IMG/VR virus record: IMGVR_UViG_3300028030_000008
Span: 21,700-85,699 of that record
Direction: 5' to 3' (one strand)
From: a virus
Length of the DNA: 64,000 nucleotides
How positions within the stretch are numbered: the first letter of the stretch is position 1; each line of letters starts with the position of its first letter. This document shows positions 57,756 to 64,000 of this stretch, one piece after another. Below the pieces are notes generated by a model, which was given only the letters and a program-made list of their open reading frames with translations, searched no databases and was not told the DNA's origin. A program made the position numbers and the translations under genes.

Positions 57756-60700
57756 CTAACCTCCGATTACAGCAGCGGCTCTTGAGCGAGCTATGACTGC
57801 GTTGATTGCGTCTTCTATGCCTCTAGCGTCGTTGGGGCTTGTTACATTCGGGAATTGCATAGTGACGCTTCCAATTACAACACCGCTGCCAACCGAACCA
57901 GCGTTACTACCTTGAGACGGCATACCAATATACCTTGAGCCAATTCCAACCTTGTCGAGTGACATCATTAGGTTTCTAAAATGACTGGCTACATTTGAGG
58001 GAAGAACTGTTTCATCTTTGTGGAGTATGGCCCTGTAGCCGTCAAATGGTATTTTCCAAGCGCCAGACGCAAGTGCGCCGTCAGCGCCGCCACCGGAGGG
58101 GCCAACATTTCCACCAAGCGTATCGCCAATACCCTTAGCAGCTTTTAGTGCTGCTTCGAGATACTTCTTTAGTTTCTTTGCGTCACTTGCCGTACTACTC
58201 ATTTTGTCAGCCATAGTACCCATCCAAGATATAACATTTGACAGGTCTAGTTCCATTAGGGCTTCAATCGAGGAGATAAGGTTTCTTATTGCCGTTTCAA
58301 CATCGTCAATTGACTCCATCATTGCCTTGAAATGCTCAACAACGGCTTGGATGTATGTGTTTAGTAGCGTGAAGGTTTCGCTAACTGTAGCAGTCATTGT
58401 TGACAATCTAGTCTCAATATTCGCTGACATCACATTGAACTCTGTCGTAATTGCGGTGTTCATATCTGGGATAATCGAATGACCAACAAGATTGTCGCTC
58501 ATCGTTTGCATTGCTGTTTCGGTGTCGAGTGCGGCCTGTTTCATTGGTGCGGAAACAGCTTCTCCTGCGGCAAGACTTTCCGTATTCAAGCTAGGTGTTA
58601 AGGTTGAAGCTATCCACGAAGGAATACCTTCCAGTGGGGCAATGATGTCGGTATTGAGAACTTCTGACACGCCCGCGAAGCCAGCTACAATGCCAGCGCC
58701 CTCTTGTAACCCCCCGCCTTCGCTGAGGTTATTCGATGCTTCAAAAAATCTATCAACGCTGCCAGTTGTGCCGTCTATTGCAGCTTGCATGGCTATAGAG
58801 TTGGCTTCAATTCTCGCGGCTGCATCTTCGCCACTAACAGCAGTTGCATTGAAGAACTCTGTCATCTTTGGCGTCATTGTTTCTATGTAAGAAAGAAGCT
58901 CTCTCGGTATCGCGCCTTGGAATGTTCCATTTAGGATTTCATCCATTGCGTTTTTGTTTTCTGCAAAGAATTGGTCGAATTGCCCACTTGCCTCGGCAGA
59001 TGTTAGTCCAAGCGCTATCATCGCCTTGTCCGGGGCCTCAGTAAACATATCTATTGCATCTTGGGTTTGCGATTTTATACGCTCAAGTGAGGTATTAAAC
59101 TCTTTTTCTGCATCCGTCAAGCCAGAACCAAACCATCCACTACCCTTTATTTCCTCCATTTGCACAGCTATTGGCGGGATATTTGCAATTTCGTTGGCGA
59201 TGGCGGTTCGCATTTTGTTGCCGCCTTCTTGCCCAATTGCGCTCATTTGGGCCGGTAGCGGAGCGAATGTTTCGGCCAGCTTCGGTCCAACACTTCTAGC
59301 AACTTCTTCGAGATTACCGATGACGATTGGCTCCCAGTCTGGCGCAACTGATAGCGGCCCTTTTTCTGCTAAACTGCCGGGCAGGTATGATTTTATCCAG
59401 CCCATAGCGTTGCTAATGTCGCCCAGTCTATCCTTAACACCCTGGACGAAATCATCTATCATATCAGAGGCGTAGTCCTTGAACTTTTGGGGCCAAGTTG
59501 AAACTACTTCTTTAATTTTGTTCCAAATGGTTTTTATCGCAACGTCAAACAGATACGCTTTTCTTTTTATTTCGTCTGGAATACCTTGAATGTATTCGAT
59601 AAAGTCAAGAGCAAGGGTGGCTACTACTTCGAGTAAATTATCCTTCATGTTTGTAATGATTTGAATAGCATCGTCCTTGATGTCGGTAATAATAGAGTGT
59701 CCAACTAAATCATCCCATAGCTTCGTAAACCATCCAACGACCTTACTCCAAATTTCTTCTGCAACGCCAACGATTACGTCAAGGAATACCCCCCATGCTT
59801 TTCCTACATCGCCGCCAATTAACTCCCATATAGTTTTGAGTTGACCAACTAAGCCGTGCAAAATAGCTTTTGCTTCATCAACTTTTTCTCGTATCCAATC
59901 AATTGCCTCTCCCACCTTAACTGCTGCTGCGTCAAACTGGTCAGCGATTGCATCTTGCCCAAACACTCTAAGAATATCGGCGATTCCGCTGAGTATATCT
60001 TCTCCCATTGCTAGTAAGAACGTGGCAATACCAGAACCGGCATCAATTACAATTTGAAGTATACCGGCAAATAAGTCTGTAAAACCGCTGTTTATTTGTT
60101 GAAAACCTTCGTCGAATGTGTCTGCACTGAATAATTTTACAAACCCGCTGACAGCTTCAACAACACCCGTAAACCCACGAACTATTCCGGCTAACACACC
60201 TTCGAGATACGGCCATAATTCATTAAAGTGTTTGACGGCTGTTACTACTACAGTTATAACCAGAGATACTTTGCCTAAAAATACAGCCAGCTTACCGAGC
60301 ATTGGCAATAATGGCGTTACTTTCAAAAGTACAACCCCGATAACAGCCGCGACGGGCTTGATGTTTTCCGAAATTGTTTTGAACAACAGCGCGACTTCTC
60401 CGCCAAGTCTACCTTCTCCCATGAAATCTGCAAAAGCCTGTGTTAGTCCTGCTTGCTCCAATCCAGAACGAAAGGCGTCACTGAGCGCAGTCGCTATAGC
60501 CTTACCAAGTGGCGCAAACAAGTTAGCGATTGCGCCACCTAAGTCCCACTTTTGTAAATCAGTAAGCAGTTTACCGAACCTGTCTCCAATTGCGCTCGTG
60601 TCCCCTAGCAATATAGAGGCAAAAATATCTGAGATTGCAGCAACAATTTCGCCAAAAACGCCGGAAAGACTAAGAAGCAAGCTACTTAGTTTCTTGACAA

Positions 60701-63700
60701 GCCCCTCTGTTCCGCCAGACAATTCCTTCCATCGTTCAAGGATATTGTTGACAAACGAGCCTATCGGTAGAATCAAGTAGGTGGCGAGTAGTTTTGGGAA
60801 CTTTTTTATCATCCCGCCAACTTGAAGTATTATTGTAAGTAATGTTCCGAAGGCAACTTTGAAATTATCCATTGCAAACTGAAATTCTTGGTTGTTCTTT
60901 AGCTTGGTAAATATTTCCGACACGCTTTTGAAAAATTCACCAAAGCCATCCATGAAACCTTGCCAAACGTCTTTGGATATTTCAACAACAGTGTCCCAAT
61001 TCTGGATAACGCCAATGATGATTGCGCCAATGATGCCAAATTTGAACCCAACTTTAGCCACCGTTTTGAGTAGTTTTCCGAAGCCTCCGCTTCCTTGTAG
61101 AAATGTTGCAACCTTGGCGAAGATTGCGGCAATGCGGCTTGTGATAGGCGAAGTTGTAAAGCTTACGATGCCACCAAGTATAATTGACAAAATACCAAAG
61201 TTTTCACTGGTAACGTTTTCGGCTACCCATTTTCTAGTTTTACCAAATAGACCGCTGAGTGCGGTTCGTATGGTGTCCCCAATGCTAGACAGGGCAGCAC
61301 TGATTTTCTTCTTTGCCCCTTCTCCGAATTTCTCAACGACAATTGTTCCGGCTTCTTCTGCCAAACCACCTATTCTTCTAGTGGTTTCCTCTGCCAAGCC
61401 CTTACCATCACCGCTTACGCCAAGAAAGTCGTCGATTATCGTTGTTCCTTCTGTGAAACCTTTTGTTTTTCTCGCGCCAGCGCCACCAAGTTCGTCTAAA
61501 TCTTTTTTTAGTTGGACTAGCTTTGCGGAATGTTCATCTATACCCGCGAGTACACCAGACCTTCGAGATGCGTCAAGGTACTTTGTTTCCAGGCGGATTA
61601 GTTCTTTTGTGTATTCTTTCTGAGAAATTTCACCTTTACTCAGTTTGTCATCAAGCATAGCAAGTTCTCTTGCATAGCCACTGTTGATAAATTCAAGCTG
61701 TCTATTTACAGCCCCTTTGATCGCTTTAGTTGCCCTCGCTGCACCTTTAGCTCCAGCGGCCCCGACACTGGCTGCTGCCCTTGCTGTTCTTCCAAACGAA
61801 TCTTCTGATAAATTCTGGAAGTCCAAGAACTTCTCTTGCCAGCTAACTTGCTCTTTTGTAGCAGCAACTTGCTTCTTTGCATTTCTTAGTTTGTCTCGCA
61901 ATTCTTTTGGTACAAAGCCAGCTTTTTCGGCAGCAGATATTTCTTCTTCTATTCTTGAAACATCTGCCATTGCTTTTTTATTTTCAAGTTGCAAGCGTAA
62001 GAATTTTTTAAGAGCGTCATTACCTTCACCAAGACTGTCAGTAACTCCCTGAAATGCAGTTTCGTCTATTTTACCAGTACGGTTAAGCTCCTCGACGATT
62101 TCAACGAAATTGTCTCTAACGTCAGAGAACATCTGGAAACCACCTTTGCCAAATTCCTCAGCAAAGTAGTCTTGAATTGGTGATAGCGCCTTTTCGACAA
62201 ATGAGAAGTCAGCAGATTCCCAACTGCCGCCAAAGGTGTCAACCAGCCCATTACCCCACTCGTCTATGTTTGAGAGTGGCCCTTTTTTCGGAGGTGAACC
62301 CGGCATTAGGTAGTCTGCTATTGCATTTCCAACTTCGATAACGGCGTCAATAATTTGGCCTATTACGCTGTAAATGCCTTCCGCCACTTGAGACATAAAA
62401 CCAGCGCCCCAATCGAAACCTTGCTCGACTAGGGAGTTGAGGTATTCTGAAACACCTTCAACCATACTTGCAATCAGTCCATGAACCCAATTGATTGCGC
62501 CCTCCCAATCTCCTTGCGTAATAGCGTCTGATAGAGATTCTAGCTTTCCTGACAACCAATCTATTATCGGAGATATTTTATCAAGCGCGGATTGGAACAG
62601 CGGGAATATTCTATTACCAAGCGCTAAGAGTGACTCTTGTACCGGGAGAAATGCAAGTTTGATATTTCTCATTGCCTGAGACATCATTGAGGCAAAGTCT
62701 GTGTACATAATATTGGCTTGTTCGGTTGCGCCAGTCAAGTCACTCATGGCTACGCCGGTTGTACTTAGAGCCTCAACTGCCTTGCCGCCCAAGTCTTCAT
62801 ACATAGTCCCCATCAGGGCTACACCGGCTTGCTGTTTAGTCATATTCCCATTGGCTTGTCTTATTTGCTCGACGACAAACTCAAAGGCATCAGCAACTCC
62901 AACTGTCCCGTCAGATAATTTAGCAAGTAAATCATCTGAGGCGATACCAAGTTGCTTTAACCCCTGCTTCGTTGTATCTGTACCATCAAGTATTCTTACC
63001 CGAAATTCTTTGAATAGGTCGATGGCTTTGTCTGTACCTAGCGTCCCGGAACCTTGAAAGCCAGTTTCTAGCAGGTTGAATAGCGTTTCTGCATTGCCAC
63101 CGGCGTTTGCAATTTGTACAGAATACTCAGTAATAGAGTCTAGGACATCTGGCCCAATTACACCCCTCTGGGATAATCCCGCAATAAAATCAAAGGACTC
63201 GGCGGATGTTAAACCGAAGTTCTTGATAAGAACTTGCACTGCATCGAAACTGTCTTGTACGTCAATGTTATAAGCGTCTCTTAGTCTAAACGCATCTTCT
63301 ACTGCGTCTTGGATAACTTCATTTGAGGTTATCCCAAGTCGTTGAAATCTTGAAACGGCAATATTAACAGCATCCCCGACATCTGTAATATCTCGGCCAA
63401 AGTTATCACCAAAAACACCTTTAACAATATCACCGCCCTCTGTGAACTGAAAGGCGGCTTGCAGTTTAAGGTCTACAGATTTAATCTCAGCAGCGATACC
63501 GCCAGTCAATCCAGATATTGCGCCGCGCACATCTGTAATATTTGCCAGTAGAGTTCCACCAAATGCGCCAAGAAACGCGCCCTTAAGAACATCGAGGGAT
63601 TTGTTTAATGTTCCTACAGTTTGGGTTGTTTGGCTAAGAGCCTGTTTTGTTTTGTCAATATCACCGCTACCGGAAGAAAAGATACCAAATAGTTTTCTTA

Positions 63701-64000
63701 ATCGTTCTGATAGTCGCCCAAATAGGTTTGTGTCTTGTTTCGTTTCGGTGCCGAGGGATTTTTGTTTTTCCTCTAATTGTTCGCTTTCTTTGCCTAGCTT
63801 GTTCATGCGGGCAATCATACCGCGAGTGGCATTAGTCGTTTCGTTTAACACCCTACGCTGGCTGTTCGCCATTTCTACAATCTTTTTTCCAGCTTCGGTT
63901 GACGTATCTGTAGTCTTCACTAGCCGCTCAAGACCGGCCTCGTATTTTGCTACAGCCGTCATAGCTCTATTGAACTCTCTATCGCTGACCTTGCCGGTAC
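57756..64000 (-). CDS. Tape measure protein (5'-partial)
   Basis: >2068 aa helical; LDSITEYS..GTDKAIDLFKEF..GTMYEDLG; frame stays open to window edge. Confidence 0.92.
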   Translation of the reverse strand, partial: TGKVSDREFNRAMTAVAKYEAGLERLVKTTDTSTEAGKKIVEMANSQRRVLNETTNATRGMIARMNKLGKESEQLEEKQKSLGTETKQDTNLFGRLSERLRKLFGIFSSGSGDIDKTKQALSQTTQTVGTLNKSLDVLKGAFLGAFGGTLLANITDVRGAISGLTGGIAAEIKSVDLKLQAAFQFTEGGDIVKGVFGDNFGRDITDVGDAVNIAVSRFQRLGITSNEVIQDAVEDAFRLRDAYNIDVQDSFDAVQVLIKNFGLTSAESFDFIAGLSQRGVIGPDVLDSITEYSVQIANAGGNAETLFNLLETGFQGSGTLGTDKAIDLFKEFRVRILDGTDTTKQGLKQLGIASDDLLAKLSDGTVGVADAFEFVVEQIRQANGNMTKQQAGVALMGTMYEDLGGKAVEALSTTGVAMSDLTGATEQANIMYTDFASMMSQAMRNIKLAFLPVQESLLALGNRIFPLFQSALDKISPIIDWLSGKLESLSDAITQGDWEGAINWVHGLIASMVEGVSEYLNSLVEQGFDWGAGFMSQVAEGIYSVIGQIIDAVIEVGNAIADYLMPGSPPKKGPLSNIDEWGNGLVDTFGGSWESADFSFVEKALSPIQDYFAEEFGKGGFQMFSDVRDNFVEIVEELNRTGKIDETAFQGVTDSLGEGNDALKKFLRLQLENKKAMADVSRIEEEISAAEKAGFVPKELRDKLRNAKKQVAATKEQVSWQEKFLDFQNLSEDSFGRTARAAASVGAAGAKGAARATKAIKGAVNRQLEFINSGYARELAMLDDKLSKGEISQKEYTKELIRLETKYLDASRRSGVLAGIDEHSAKLVQLKKDLDELGGAGARKTKGFTEGTTIIDDFLGVSGDGKGLAEETTRRIGGLAEEAGTIVVEKFGEGAKKKISAALSSIGDTIRTALSGLFGKTRKWVAENVTSENFGILSIILGGIVSFTTSPITSRIAAIFAKVATFLQGSGGFGKLLKTVAKVGFKFGIIGAIIIGVIQNWDTVVEISKDVWQGFMDGFGEFFKSVSEIFTKLKNNQEFQFAMDNFKVAFGTLLTIILQVGGMIKKFPKLLATYLILPIGSFVNNILERWKELSGGTEGLVKKLSSLLLSLSGVFGEIVAAISDIFASILLGDTSAIGDRFGKLLTDLQKWDLGGAIANLFAPLGKAIATALSDAFRSGLEQAGLTQAFADFMGEGRLGGEVALLFKTISENIKPVAAVIGVVLLKVTPLLPMLGKLAVFLGKVSLVITVVVTAVKHFNELWPYLEGVLAGIVRGFTGVVEAVSGFVKLFSADTFDEGFQQINSGFTDLFAGILQIVIDAGSGIATFLLAMGEDILSGIADILRVFGQDAIADQFDAAAVKVGEAIDWIREKVDEAKAILHGLVGQLKTIWELIGGDVGKAWGVFLDVIVGVAEEIWSKVVGWFTKLWDDLVGHSIITDIKDDAIQIITNMKDNLLEVVATLALDFIEYIQGIPDEIKRKAYLFDVAIKTIWNKIKEVVSTWPQKFKDYASDMIDDFVQGVKDRLGDISNAMGWIKSYLPGSLAEKGPLSVAPDWEPIVIGNLEEVARSVGPKLAETFAPLPAQMSAIGQEGGNKMRTAIANEIANIPPIAVQMEEIKGSGWFGSGLTDAEKEFNTSLERIKSQTQDAIDMFTEAPDKAMIALGLTSAEASGQFDQFFAENKNAMDEILNGTFQGAIPRELLSYIETMTPKMTEFFNATAVSGEDAAARIEANSIAMQAAIDGTTGSVDRFFEASNNLSEGGGLQEGAGIVAGFAGVSEVLNTDIIAPLEGIPSWIASTLTPSLNTESLAAGEAVSAPMKQAALDTETAMQTMSDNLVGHSIIPDMNTAITTEFNVMSANIETRLSTMTATVSETFTLLNTYIQAVVEHFKAMMESIDDVETAIRNLISSIEALMELDLSNVISWMGTMADKMSSTASDAKKLKKYLEAALKAAKGIGDTLGGNVGPSGGGADGALASGAWKIPFDGYRAILHKDETVLPSNVASHFRNLMMSLDKVGIGSRYIGMPSQGSNAGSVGSGVVIGSVTMQFPNVTSPNDARGIEDAINAVIARSRAAAVIGG

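Noticed and set aside
58204-63835. Many plus-strand ORFs over the tape measure gene
   Set aside because: Antisense shadows from codon bias

Overview
The window is part of a tailed dsDNA phage (siphovirus-like) genome; no host housekeeping genes are visible. Layout: (i) 1-226, a leftward partial ORF (possible small terminase) behind a divergent promoter pair; (ii) 333-11500, accessory arm with DUF1064 nuclease, holin, SleB-like hydrolase, dUTPase, Ref-like nuclease, 3'-5' exoribonuclease, FtsK-like ATPase with membrane proteins, C5 methyltransferase and a PAPS-reductase-like protein; (iii) 11500-12380, non-coding switch region with a helically phased array of 17-bp palindromes; (iv) 12381-29261, early region of small ORFs interleaved with structured RNA-like elements, an integron-type cassette array (attC sites, no integrase in the window), DnaA boxes, tRNA-Met(CAT) and two tRNA-like RNAs with the anticodon arm replaced; (v) 29523-48993, DNA metabolism (5'-3' exonuclease, two amino-MTases, SbcD/SbcC, DnaB-like, RNA ligase, clamp-like, RecT-like, DUF932) with a tnpB-only IS200/IS605 element inserted in a structured RNA; (vi) 49038-64000, minus-strand tail module ending in a partial tape measure gene. 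Frequent leaderless genes and a Chloroflexota-style FMPIV motif hint at a Chloroflexota host (inference). Strongest novelty candidates: phage-borne integron cassettes; a twice-occurring small RHH-like gene + structured ncRNA module with compensatory base changes, one copy invaded by TnpB; anticodon-less tRNA-like RNAs. All family calls are by-eye motif recognition; no searches were run.
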